Source of the DNA: an uncultured archaeon | Lineage (GTDB): Archaea > Thermoproteota > Nitrososphaeria_A > Caldarchaeales > Wolframiiraptoraceae | Length of the DNA stretch: 64,000 bases | NCBI GenBank assembly: GCA_937974645.1 | Contig: CALJVH010000013.1 | Location: 10,897 to 74,896, forward strand | Direction: 5' to 3' | Shown: positions 27,653 through 36,961 of the stretch, piece after piece | Numbering within the stretch: the first letter of the stretch is position 1 | Layout: every line of letters begins with the position of its first letter | The notes under the pieces: model-generated | Database searches by the model: none | Told to the model about the DNA's origin: nothing | Seen by the model: the letters and a program-made list of their open reading frames with translations, nothing else | Position numbers and translations under genes: made by a program

Positions 27653-28318
27653 ATGAGCCTTCCACGCGATAGGGAGGAAGATTTCCGGATAGCTATTCTC
27701 AACCTTATTCAGGATCAAGTTAGAGTTGTTATGGACGGCTATCGGCTTCTCCTAGATATACTGGAGCAGTTTTTGAAGGGCGAGCAGACGAGCGTTATTG
27801 AGGAGATCTATCAGAAAATTCTGAAGAATGATGAAAAGGCTAAGGATACGACCCGCCTAGTCGAGAAGGAGATTTCTAAGGTTGGAGCAATATTAACCTC
27901 TAGGGAAAACTTTGTGAGACTCACACTTGAGGTTGACCGGATAGCAGATGTTACTGAGGGGGCTGCATTCAGAATTGTGAACTTAAGTAGAATGAAGACA
28001 AAGTTGGGAAAAGAGACTTGCAAACTTTTCTTGATGTTAGGGGAGGCTGTTTTAACAACTCTTAACTCCATGCGACAGGCTCTACTAGCAACCACTCTAA
28101 ACTCATCTAGCCTTGGCGAGAAGATCGTGGAGACGGAAGCTAATGAGAAGAAGGCTGACGATATTTACAGACAGCTTGACCTCGAACTCCTTAAGAGTAA
28201 TCTCCAGATAGCTCAGCTACTCCTATGTAGGGAGGTCGCTGAGATGATCGAGGATGTCTCAGATCACGCCGAGAAGATTGCCGACATCCTGCGAACCTTG
28301 ACGGTAGTGCCTATATAG
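27653..28318 (+). CDS. DUF47/PhoU-like protein
   Basis: Two-repeat helical pattern with LE..AD..E.....I...... typical of the TIGR00153/PhoU-like family. Confidence 0.6.
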   Translation: MSLPRDREEDFRIAILNLIQDQVRVVMDGYRLLLDILEQFLKGEQTSVIEEIYQKILKNDEKAKDTTRLVEKEISKVGAILTSRENFVRLTLEVDRIADVTEGAAFRIVNLSRMKTKLGKETCKLFLMLGEAVLTTLNSMRQALLATTLNSSSLGEKIVETEANEKKADDIYRQLDLELLKSNLQIAQLLLCREVAEMIEDVSDHAEKIADILRTLTVVPI

Positions 28319-28329
28319 AGGGCTTAGCC

Positions 28330-28884
28330 ATGACTGGGGAAGTTATTAGGGCTGAGCTTGTTCAGGGAAACATAATAGTGTGGGACGTGGAAAAGGGAAG
28401 AAAGCTGTATAGGCTAGGATTTTATGGAAAGCCTCTTGGAGTCTCCAAACCGAAGTCCGCCGAGTTTGACGCGCCCCTAGTGCTAGATATAATCGAGGCG
28501 GTGTATCTTACCGAGGAAGGGTGGCTGGAAGTATACGAGGATGGAAGGAGACTGAGCCTAGAAGAGTTAATCGAGCATGCTGAGAAAATTCACGAGAACT
28601 TCAGGGAGAAGTATCGAGTGTATAGAGATCTTAGGGAGAGAGGCTTTATCGTAACGCCGGGGATAAAATTTGGAAGCGACTTCGCGGTATACCGGATAGG
28701 CCCTGGCCTTGAACATGCACCCTTCATAGTCCAAGTTAAGCTTCTTAGGGATAGCATCTCAGCTTTAGAAGTCGTTAGATCTGGTAGGCTCGCAACAACC
28801 GTTAGGAAATATTTCACTATCGCCGTGGCGGGCCTACCGAGCGGAAAGCCGGCTTACATACTCTTTGAATGGTGGAGGGCTTAA
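28330..28884 (+). CDS. endA: tRNA-splicing endonuclease catalytic subunit
   Basis: YRDLRERGFIVTPGIKFGSDFAVY....HAPFIVQV matches the EndA catalytic core (Y, H, K). Confidence 0.85.
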   Translation: MTGEVIRAELVQGNIIVWDVEKGRKLYRLGFYGKPLGVSKPKSAEFDAPLVLDIIEAVYLTEEGWLEVYEDGRRLSLEELIEHAEKIHENFREKYRVYRDLRERGFIVTPGIKFGSDFAVYRIGPGLEHAPFIVQVKLLRDSISALEVVRSGRLATTVRKYFTIAVAGLPSGKPAYILFEWWRA

Positions 28885-29693
28885 GCTTTATAGATGGAGC
28901 TATCGAGTTTTTCAGCTATCTCCCTCGCCCGCCTAGTAGCCGCCTCGACGGCCTTCATGACCGCGGTTCTAACTCCGCCCTCCTCCAAGTAGAATATTCC
29001 TTCGATCGTCGTTCCGCCTGGTGTTAGAACCATCTCCTTTATCGTTGATGGGTGCATGCCTGTCTCGAGCATCAGCTTCGCCGTGCCATAGACCGTGTAG
29101 GCTGAGGAGCGGTAGGCTAGGTCCCTTGGAAGACCGACCTTCAGCCCCGCATAAGCCATCGCCTCTATCAGGAGAGCGACGTAGGCCGGCCCGCTCCCGC
29201 TCAACGCCGTAATTGCATCCATCAAATCTTCATCAACCTCAACGTAAGCTCCAAGTTCCCCTAAAATCTCTTGAGCCACTTTGATATCGGAATCGGTTAT
29301 GTTAGGTCCTCTGCAGTAGGCAGTGAATCCAGCCTTTACCATTAGGCCGACATTCGGCATAGCCCTGATGATCTTAGCTTTCGGAGCCAAGGAGCTGAGC
29401 CTTGAAATCGGAATCGCCGCAGCTACAGAGATCAACAGCTTCTCTTCGAGCAGACCTGAGACCTCTCCTAAAATTGACGGCACCTTATTCGGTTTAACAG
29501 CTAAAAATATGACGCTTGATGCGCTTACGACCTTCCTATTGTCCGTCGTAATCTTAACGCCTATCTCCTCAAGACCCTTTATCTTCTCAATGCTCCTTCT
29601 GGAGGCAATCACTTTATACTTACCGGATTCTGCAAGAGCCCTCGCTATAGCCGACCCAATTTGTCCTGCTCCAATAACGCCCACTTTTAACAT
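28881..29693 (-). CDS. proC: Pyrroline-5-carboxylate reductase. ORF extends to 29765 but the start is probably MLKVGVIG at 29693.
   Basis: Rossmann VGVIGAGQIGSAIARAL plus P5CR C-terminal dimerisation region. Confidence 0.85.
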   Translation of the reverse strand: MLKVGVIGAGQIGSAIARALAESGKYKVIASRRSIEKIKGLEEIGVKITTDNRKVVSASSVIFLAVKPNKVPSILGEVSGLLEEKLLISVAAAIPISRLSSLAPKAKIIRAMPNVGLMVKAGFTAYCRGPNITDSDIKVAQEILGELGAYVEVDEDLMDAITALSGSGPAYVALLIEAMAYAGLKVGLPRDLAYRSSAYTVYGTAKLMLETGMHPSTIKEMVLTPGGTTIEGIFYLEEGGVRTAVMKAVEAATRRAREIAEKLDSSIYKA

Positions 29694-29727
29694 CTTGGAA
29701 TGGGGGTGGCCAGCACATATTAAGCGT

Positions 29728-30864
29728 TTATCCCAGGCCGGATGCCTCAAGGATGAGCTTAGCATCTTCCATGCTCGGCCTGAACTTATGAAGTATCGTG
29801 TAACGGTTCGGCCTTATGCTCCATGCTTCCACAATGGCGTACATTATTAGGTCTGCCGATAATCCAGTCTCCTCAAGCCTTGTTGGAAGGCCCACTCTCC
29901 GAAAATACTCTCGAATCATTTTCAGCTGGTATCTCTCATTCATCCACCAATCAGGGTTTTTCAATTCATGATAGGCCGCCATTAAGAGTGTGCCTATAGC
30001 ACATTGTATTCCATGGGGGTTGCGGCGCCCCAGCTTCATGTCTAAGTAATGGCTGAGGAGGTGCTCGCTCCCCGATGCGGGTCTCGAAGATCCCGTGATC
30101 ATCATCGCGGCACCGCAGCTTATTAGAGACCTTACTAAAGTCTCAAGAGAGCCCTCAGACTCCTTCAACTCCATTATTGAGTTAGTGAGGGCTTCTAGGG
30201 AGTCGAGGATCAGCTTTTCGGCTGTTGGGCAGTAGGGCTCGCCCACTTCCCTTCTTCCAAGCTGCCAATCCTTGAGCGAGACGATTTTCGCGAGAACATC
30301 ACCATAACCAGATATTATCAGTTTTCTTGGGGCGGATTTGAGTATTCCGAGATCTATTATTGCTATCTTCGGAGATTTCGTAAGTATGGATTTTCTTCGC
30401 CCTTCTTCGAAGAGCGAGACTATTGGTGAGACTATGCCATCGTGGGATGGTGCTGTTGGGATTGAGACGAAGCTCGCGCCCAGCTTATATGCCGTGTATT
30501 TGGCCGCATCTATTACGGTTCCACCGCCGACACCTATTATTGTTCTCGCGCCCCTCGCTTCGGCCGCCAGCTCCTCTGCATTCGAGAAGGTTGGGGCTTT
30601 GACAAGAAAGCCCCTCGCTCCCAGCTGCTCCTTAATTTTCCTTCCGGCTACTCTATATGTTAGCTCATCGTAGAAGACTGCGTAGGGAGGTTCAAGCCCA
30701 AGATTCCTAAGCTCCGGAAAAACCTCATCTAAAGGGCCTAGAAAGATCAACTCGAGTAATTTTTCATGAGGGTAACCGCAGCCGCACTCCTCTCCGGACT
30801 TTAGGCTATGTTTGAATTCAAGTACTCTCAAGTCATCCCGACCTTCAAAGGCTTGCTTAAGCAC
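29728..30864 (-). CDS. egsA: Glycerol-1-phosphate dehydrogenase [NAD(P)+] (Fe-ADH/DHQS-like fold)
   Basis: GVGGGTVIDAAKY glycine-rich NAD motif; about 350 aa core size typical of archaeal G1PDH. Could alternatively be another DHQS-family enzyme. Confidence 0.55.
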   Translation of the reverse strand: MLKQAFEGRDDLRVLEFKHSLKSGEECGCGYPHEKLLELIFLGPLDEVFPELRNLGLEPPYAVFYDELTYRVAGRKIKEQLGARGFLVKAPTFSNAEELAAEARGARTIIGVGGGTVIDAAKYTAYKLGASFVSIPTAPSHDGIVSPIVSLFEEGRRKSILTKSPKIAIIDLGILKSAPRKLIISGYGDVLAKIVSLKDWQLGRREVGEPYCPTAEKLILDSLEALTNSIMELKESEGSLETLVRSLISCGAAMMITGSSRPASGSEHLLSHYLDMKLGRRNPHGIQCAIGTLLMAAYHELKNPDWWMNERYQLKMIREYFRRVGLPTRLEETGLSADLIMYAIVEAWSIRPNRYTILHKFRPSMEDAKLILEASGLG

Positions 30865-30921
30865 TCTTAAAAGTTAATCGTGTACGGCGGATAAACTTAA
30901 AAGCAATCGATTGTAGAATGT

Positions 30922-31710
30922 GTGGAGATGCCTAAGCGCATTGTAATTAAGGACTCGGATCTTGAGGAAGCTGAGCCGGTTATAGAGCCTGTTGAGGAGG
31001 CAGAGGTTTCAGTCGAGGAGGCCGAGGTAAGCGAGAGAAAAGAAGACGTGATACTCGAGAAGGCTAGCGCGGACGCCGACGCGGCCTATGAGCTCGTCAT
31101 AGGAAAAATCGAGGAAGTAAAGGTTAGGGAGGAAGTTACCCAGAAGAAGTTTTTAGAGGATCCTGGGATGAGCCTCAATATTCTGAAGAAGCTGATCCAG
31201 CGCTGGGACTCGATGAGGGATGAACTAATACGCTATATTGATGACGCCGTGGAGAAATATCGTAAGCTAATAGAACTCTTAGAGGGGAGGTTCTCGGATA
31301 TCGAGGAAGAGCTCTATGTTAACCAAGTTGAGCTAGATTCACTTATGCAGCTGGAATCTCAGGGAAAGCCAATCTCAGTCTCGAAAAAGGAGGAACTGGA
31401 GAGCATTATTCCAAAGCTGAGGGAGGAGCTGGCCCAGCTCGATAAGAAGATTAAGGAGGTTGATGGAAGGATCGAGGAGCTTAGAAGAATGCGTGAGAAT
31501 GTTTATGAAACGACCTCACATAAGGGGCTCGTGGAATCTATTTTCACGCAACTTGTTAATAGTCTCCAAGCAAGATATGAAAGCCCTGAAGAGGCGACAA
31601 TAAAGATCAGATCCCAGATCGAGGTCATAGCTCAGCGTGAAGGAATTCCGAGAGAATACGCGACGCTATATCTCTGGAAGAGGTTGAAGGGCCAGCTTAA
31701 GACCGCCTGA
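30922..31710 (+). CDS. Hypothetical acidic coiled-coil protein
   Basis: Glu-rich N-terminus (EEAE repeats) and heptad repeats. Confidence 0.3.
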   Translation: MEMPKRIVIKDSDLEEAEPVIEPVEEAEVSVEEAEVSERKEDVILEKASADADAAYELVIGKIEEVKVREEVTQKKFLEDPGMSLNILKKLIQRWDSMRDELIRYIDDAVEKYRKLIELLEGRFSDIEEELYVNQVELDSLMQLESQGKPISVSKKEELESIIPKLREELAQLDKKIKEVDGRIEELRRMRENVYETTSHKGLVESIFTQLVNSLQARYESPEEATIKIRSQIEVIAQREGIPREYATLYLWKRLKGQLKTA

Positions 31711-32161
31711 GCGCGGGCCTAAACTTATAGCCATACTCAATTATGCCCTGATCCCCGTTAATCCTCACTCTTCGGAAGACTGCTTCAACCTTAATCTCAT
31801 CCTTTAGCTCGTTCTCCTTGAAGTCGGTGAGCTGGGAGAGGATCCTTGTTCCATCCTCAAGCTCTATGAGACCTATGGCATATGGCGCGAAGAGCTCGAA
31901 TCCCCTTGGAGGCGACCTGACTATCGTGTATGTTATCAGTTTTCCCGAGCTTGGTAGCTCCGCCTGAGCGAATTCTCTAGATCCGCATCTCTTGCAAACC
32001 ACTGGCTTATAATGGTGGAAAGCTCCGCAGTGAACGCATTTCCAGCCCGCAAGCCTATAGAAGAACTGCGTGTTTCTCCAGTATCCTGGAATCCTCATTT
32101 TCCTCCACGCCTCCCTACTACTCTTTATTGAGTAAGATTGCGAATGCTGTTGCGCCCACAC
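31697..32161 (-). CDS. DUF35 Zn-ribbon/OB-fold protein, scaffold of the archaeal thiolase/HMG-CoA synthase complex. Start possibly at internal Met around 32098.
   Basis: CxxCG...CxxCG zinc ribbon (CVHCGAFHHYKPVVCKRCG) followed by an OB fold. Operon context with thiolase and HMGCS. Confidence 0.7.
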   Translation of the reverse strand: MWAQQHSQSYSIKSSREAWRKMRIPGYWRNTQFFYRLAGWKCVHCGAFHHYKPVVCKRCGSREFAQAELPSSGKLITYTIVRSPPRGFELFAPYAIGLIELEDGTRILSQLTDFKENELKDEIKVEAVFRRVRINGDQGIIEYGYKFRPALRRS

Positions 32162-33272
32162 CGCTCAGGGATATCGCAAGCCCAGATCTCGGCGAGTCAA
32201 GCTGATTCTTTCCAGCCAACCCAGCTAACTGGAGGTATATCTCCGCGACTTGATAGATCGCCGTCGCGCCGAATGGATGCCCCCGTGCCTTGAGACCTCC
32301 AAACGTGTTGCATGGAAGGTAACCATTGAGACCGAACTCGCCCTTCATGGCCAATTTACCCGCAGATCCGGGGGGAGAGAACCCGGCAGACTCCAAACAG
32401 AGGGCGGCGAGTATGGATGTAGCGTCGTGAAGCTCAATCATATCCATCTCACTCCTATCACTCTTCCCCTGCTCCAGAACCTTACTCACAGCCAATAGAA
32501 CTGACTGGAGCTTAAGCGGATCCTCTCTCTCGAACGGGTTCACGTAATCTGTCGCGGAGGAGATAAAGATTCTAGCTTTGAAGGAGTCTAGCCTGCGGGC
32601 CAGATCCTCATTTACGAGGATTATTGCCGCGGCGCCATCACCTATCCCGCTTACCTCCAGCATTCTAAGAGGCTCCGCGATGAAGGGTGATTCTATAACA
32701 CGATCTAGGCTTATCTTGAAGGGGTACTGGGCGTGGGGAATCCCCTCAGCATGCTCATGACTTATCACGGGGAAGAATGGTATGCCTTCCTCCCCGTACC
32801 TCTTGGAATAGAGCTTGTAGAGGAGGGCGTTTAGCGCGTAAAAATCTGCTCCTATAAAGCTTTCATGCCAGGTTCTTCCGCTCATCATCATTCCTGAGGA
32901 AACTTCTTCCGTCAAGCCATCGGAGAGCTTCTCCCCGCCAACTATGAGAACCGCCTCAGATCCACCCGATGCCACATCGCAGAACCCCATGTAGAGCGCC
33001 GCGGCTCCGGAGGCTTCAGCCGCCTCCACCCTAAACGCCGGCACGCCAACAAGCCCCGCGCTCTCAGCCATTAATGCGCCCAAGTTTGCCTGGCCCTGGA
33101 GGAACTCATTCAAGGCGCATCCGACATAGATCGCGTTCACCGTAGAGACCCCTGCGTTTTCTAACGCTTTCACGGCCGCCTCCGCCATAAGGCATTCCAG
33201 ATCCTTATCCCAGTGCTCCGCGATCTTCGTGAAGCCTATTCCAGCAATGTATACTCCAGTCATCACATTCAC
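32118..33272 (-). CDS. Thiolase (acetyl-CoA C-acetyltransferase, SCP-x-like archaeal type)
   Basis: VYIAGIGFTKI N-terminus, catalytic Cys region YVGCAL, C-terminal NTFGGLKARGHPFGATA. Confidence 0.85.
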   Translation of the reverse strand: MNVMTGVYIAGIGFTKIAEHWDKDLECLMAEAAVKALENAGVSTVNAIYVGCALNEFLQGQANLGALMAESAGLVGVPAFRVEAAEASGAAALYMGFCDVASGGSEAVLIVGGEKLSDGLTEEVSSGMMMSGRTWHESFIGADFYALNALLYKLYSKRYGEEGIPFFPVISHEHAEGIPHAQYPFKISLDRVIESPFIAEPLRMLEVSGIGDGAAAIILVNEDLARRLDSFKARIFISSATDYVNPFEREDPLKLQSVLLAVSKVLEQGKSDRSEMDMIELHDATSILAALCLESAGFSPPGSAGKLAMKGEFGLNGYLPCNTFGGLKARGHPFGATAIYQVAEIYLQLAGLAGKNQLDSPRSGLAISLSGVGATAFAILLNKE

Positions 33273-34318
33273 CTCATGATAATTTCTTCCCTGAACTTTA
33301 GATACATCGAGTAGTCGATGTAAATCTTGTCCTCGATGAGCTCGGCGAGCCTCGGCGCTAGATCCCTCCTCTCAAAGATGCCGTCAAGAATCCTGATCAG
33401 GAAAGCATCGCTGCCGGCTCCCGAACCATAGGAGGCTAGGAGTATTCTCTGGCCGGGCTGAGCCTGATCCAAGACATTTACCAAGCCTAGCAGCGAGCAT
33501 GCGCTATAGGTATTTCCCACGAGGTTCGCTATAAGGCCCGGGGAGAGCTTCTCCTGATCCACCTTGAGATACTTCGCGACCACCAGCGGAAACTTCACGT
33601 TAGGCTGATGAAAGACGAAATAGTCGATCTCATTAAGCGCGTAGCCGTCGTCCTCAAGGAGCGATTGCACGGCACCGAGTATATGCCTGAAATAGGCGGG
33701 TTCGCCGGTGAACCTCGCGGCATGCATTGGATACTTGTCGGAGGGCCTTCTCCAGAAATCCGGAGTATCGGTTGCATAGGCGCTCCAAGCTTCTATCTCG
33801 GCGATTGCTCTATCATCCAGTCTCCCGAGGATAAAGGCCGCGGCCCCGCTTGCAGCTGTATATTCCAGCGCGTCGCCTGGCCTCCCCTGAGCTGTATCAG
33901 CTCCGATCGCTAGGCCATATTCTATCTGGCCCGAGCGGATCAAGCCCGCTATTATCGCTATCGCCTCGCTGCCAGCCTTACAGGCGAACTCGAGGTCAGC
34001 GGCGAGCTTGGTGGGCGAGGCGCCGATAGCCTCAGCGACAATAGTTCCAGTGGGCTTGACGGCATAGGGTTTTGACTCGCTCCCCACGTAGATCGCGCTA
34101 ATCTTCTTCGGGTCTATCATAGCTCTCCTGAGAGCCATTCTCGCGGCCTCGACGGCCATCGTCGCGGCATCCTCGTCAATTCCTGCGACCGCCTTCTCCA
34201 CGACAGGGGACCCGGACTTATCCTGCCCCCAAACCCTGCCTATCTCCTCAGCCTTGATCCTATATCTCGGGATATAGCCCCCGTAACCGTGAACTGCTAC
34301 ACCACCCAATTTGACCAT
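33269..34318 (-). CDS. Hydroxymethylglutaryl-CoA synthase, archaeal type
   Basis: GGYIPRYRI start, catalytic Cys region, GNTYSAC/ASYGSG motifs of the thiolase-fold HMGCS. Confidence 0.85.
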   Translation of the reverse strand: MVKLGGVAVHGYGGYIPRYRIKAEEIGRVWGQDKSGSPVVEKAVAGIDEDAATMAVEAARMALRRAMIDPKKISAIYVGSESKPYAVKPTGTIVAEAIGASPTKLAADLEFACKAGSEAIAIIAGLIRSGQIEYGLAIGADTAQGRPGDALEYTAASGAAAFILGRLDDRAIAEIEAWSAYATDTPDFWRRPSDKYPMHAARFTGEPAYFRHILGAVQSLLEDDGYALNEIDYFVFHQPNVKFPLVVAKYLKVDQEKLSPGLIANLVGNTYSACSLLGLVNVLDQAQPGQRILLASYGSGAGSDAFLIRILDGIFERRDLAPRLAELIEDKIYIDYSMYLKFREEIIMR

Positions 34319-34426
34319 GATCCTTTGAGCCTTCGGGGCTTCCCCCTTTTAAATATTGTCGAGAATATATTCGTCGATCAACGTAGGAAGAAGCCTTAAA
34401 CGCCAAACCCCTAGCCTGAGAGTTGG

Positions 34427-34897
34427 ATGAGGAAGGCCGGCAAAAAGATGGAGAAGCTTGATGAAAGGGATCTCCTCATTCTGAGGGAACTTGAGCTTGA
34501 CTCTTCTAGGAGCTTGAGGGAGCTTGCTGAAGCCCTCGGCATGCCGAGGACGACGGTCCAAGACAGGATTAACAGGCTTAGGAGGATGGGCGTGATAAAG
34601 GGCTTTACCGTGAAGCTCGATAAGGCGAAGCTCGGTAAGGGCACTCTCGCTTTTGTCCTCGTCTCCTTCATGCCAGGCTCTGAGGTTTCCCAGAAAGCCC
34701 TTGCCCATGAAATTGCCATGCTCGATAACGTCGAGGAGGTGCACTTGATAACTGGAGAATGGGATATATTGCTTAAGGTAAGGGGTTCCTCCATTAAGGA
34801 GATAGGGGATCTGGTCACAGACAAGATTAGGGGGATGCATGGAGTGGCGAGGACCCTCACGTGCGTAGCTCTTCATAGCGCTAAGGAGGACCCGTAG
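34427..34897 (+). CDS. Lrp/AsnC family transcription regulator
   Basis: LDERDLLILRELELDSSRSLRELAEALGMPRTTVQDRINRLRRMGVIKGF plus a RAM domain. Confidence 0.85.
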   Translation: MRKAGKKMEKLDERDLLILRELELDSSRSLRELAEALGMPRTTVQDRINRLRRMGVIKGFTVKLDKAKLGKGTLAFVLVSFMPGSEVSQKALAHEIAMLDNVEEVHLITGEWDILLKVRGSSIKEIGDLVTDKIRGMHGVARTLTCVALHSAKEDP

Positions 34898-34929
34898 AGC
34901 CTCACGTTATCAGCGTATTCCCATGAACT

Positions 34930-36105
34930 ATGGACGCGTATTCCATGATACATGGCTTCAAGCATAGATTTTATGCTCGTGGCTTCCGGGAAGAAGCCGA
35001 GAACATGAAAGAGCTTGAGAAGCTTGCGGCTGAGAGAGCTCGGGCCGCCGTCAAGTATGATAAGATCGGGATGAGGGAGGAGGCCGCAAAGCAATATCGC
35101 GAGGCGATAGCCCTCTTGGAGAAGCTCATCGAGCTCACCGATGACCCAGTCATGAGGAGGATCTACGAGGAGAAACAGGCGCAGTATAGGCGGAGGATGG
35201 AGGCGCTGAGCGAGAAGGTCTCAGTCGGCGGGAGGGTTGAGGAGCAAGCTGAGATCGATGAGAGCTTCATAATCCAGAATCCGCCGCCAATCAAGTGGGA
35301 TGATGTCATAGGCTTGGAGCAGGCGAAGAGGGCGATTCTCGAGAGCATAATCTACCCCATGAAGAGGCCCGACCTCTTTCCGCTCGGATGGCCTCGCGGG
35401 ATCCTACTGTTCGGCCCGCCGGGCTGTGGCAAGACTATGCTCGCCGCTGCCGTCGCGAATGAGATAGACGCCGTTTTCATGCATGTTGATGCGTCTCTAA
35501 TAATGTCCAAGTGGCTTGGCGAATCGGAGAGAAACATCGCGAAGATCTTTAACGCTGCGAGGAAGTATGAGTCCTCGGGCAAGCCGGTAATAATCTTCAT
35601 AGATGAAGTGGACTCTCTGGCCGCGGTGAGGTTAAATGAGGTCGGGGGAGAGGCTAGAGCAAGAAACCAGCTAATAAAGGAGATGGACGGATTACTCGAT
35701 AAGGGGCGGAAGAGCTTAATCTATATTCTGGCCGCGACGAACAAACCCTGGCTCCTCGATGAGCCCTTCATCAGAAGATTCCAGAAGAGAATTTACATAG
35801 GGTTGCCGAACTACGAGGCGCGGCTCAAGCTATTCCGATACTATGCCGGGAAGCTTAATCTCGATAACGTGGGCTTCTCGGAGCTCGCTAGGATTACCGA
35901 GGGATACTCAGCCGCCGACATATACTCAATATGCGTGGAGGTTCAGATTAAGATTGTCAGCGAGTTCTTTGAGCAGGGGGGAGAAGAGCCAAGAAAGATA
36001 ACGATGGAGGACTTCTTGGAAGTTGTTAGGAGCAGGAGGCCAAGCGTTGATCAAAAAAGTATCGAGAGAATGCTGGAGTGGTATGAGAGATTTGGGGCGA
36101 CTTAG
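34930..36105 (+). CDS. cdvC: Vps4-like AAA ATPase (CdvC) with N-terminal MIT domain
   Basis: MIT-like three-helix N-terminus. AAA Walker A GILLFGPPGCGKTML, Walker B IIFIDEVD, SRH region. Confidence 0.85.
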   Translation: MDAYSMIHGFKHRFYARGFREEAENMKELEKLAAERARAAVKYDKIGMREEAAKQYREAIALLEKLIELTDDPVMRRIYEEKQAQYRRRMEALSEKVSVGGRVEEQAEIDESFIIQNPPPIKWDDVIGLEQAKRAILESIIYPMKRPDLFPLGWPRGILLFGPPGCGKTMLAAAVANEIDAVFMHVDASLIMSKWLGESERNIAKIFNAARKYESSGKPVIIFIDEVDSLAAVRLNEVGGEARARNQLIKEMDGLLDKGRKSLIYILAATNKPWLLDEPFIRRFQKRIYIGLPNYEARLKLFRYYAGKLNLDNVGFSELARITEGYSAADIYSICVEVQIKIVSEFFEQGGEEPRKITMEDFLEVVRSRRPSVDQKSIERMLEWYERFGAT

Positions 36106-36956
36106 CCCACGAGCTCGATCAAACCTTTCTCCTCTAGTCTCATTAAAACCTCCTTAACCTGCTTAACATCTATTCCCAGCTCCTTCGCGCACTTCTTTAG
36201 ATCGATCTCGGAGCCAGCCTTCGAGAGGTAGGAGTAGACCAATTGCTCTACCTCGGAGAGCTGCGGAACATCCGGGAAGAATTCCTCAATGCGCTCAGCC
36301 GCGAGCTTTTTAGCCTCCTCTAAGATCTTCTCTGCGTCCTCACTTACCTCCTGCGAGCCTAATTCCATGGCATTGGCCATGTTCGAGCTGGTGAAGTCCT
36401 CGATGTAGCAGGCGAGTTCATGGAGGTTTTTTGCCGCTTCTGGGGCAACGCCCGCCACCTCATCCTCTACCTCAGCGATGAGCGAGAGCAATGGCACCAC
36501 CAAGCCTATGAGGTCGCTCACCTCGATTATCGTCTCAAGCCTAAGCTTCACCTGCTCCAGCATCAGCCGTGATCTTCTAATCATCTGGGTGAGCTTCCTC
36601 AGCTCCGCTATCTCCTCGGCGTATATCGATGCTCTCTCCTCATCCCCAGACTCCATGGCATCCACGACCTGTTCGAAGTATTCCTTACTCCTCGAAGCCA
36701 GCTCCCGGTATTTGGACTCCAGCCTAAGAATCTGAGCATTAAGCTTGTTGAGGGATTGCTCTAGGTTCCGCCTAATCTCCTCTCTAGTCTCCTCCTCGAC
36801 GAATGGGTCTCCCCTAACACCGCTCCCACCGGGCACTTGCATAAGCAGGGGGCCCTCAAGCTTCCGGCTTCTTAAAGTGTTTTGGAAAGTAGGATGAGAC
36901 ATGATGCTCACAGGATTCCTAGAGAAATACCATTCGCATGCTCCGGGTTTGGCCAA
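36102..36956 (-). CDS. cdvB: ESCRT-III (Snf7-like) protein with C-terminal winged helix (CdvB-like). True start probably internal.
   Basis: Long helical hairpin with charged heptads. C-terminal EVEQLVYSYLSKAGSEIDLKKCAKELGIDVKQVKEVLMRLEEKGLIEL resembles the CdvB wH domain. Convergent and abutting cdvC. Confidence 0.6.
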   Translation of the reverse strand: MAKPGACEWYFSRNPVSIMSHPTFQNTLRSRKLEGPLLMQVPGGSGVRGDPFVEEETREEIRRNLEQSLNKLNAQILRLESKYRELASRSKEYFEQVVDAMESGDEERASIYAEEIAELRKLTQMIRRSRLMLEQVKLRLETIIEVSDLIGLVVPLLSLIAEVEDEVAGVAPEAAKNLHELACYIEDFTSSNMANAMELGSQEVSEDAEKILEEAKKLAAERIEEFFPDVPQLSEVEQLVYSYLSKAGSEIDLKKCAKELGIDVKQVKEVLMRLEEKGLIELVG

Positions 36957-36961
36957 GAGGG

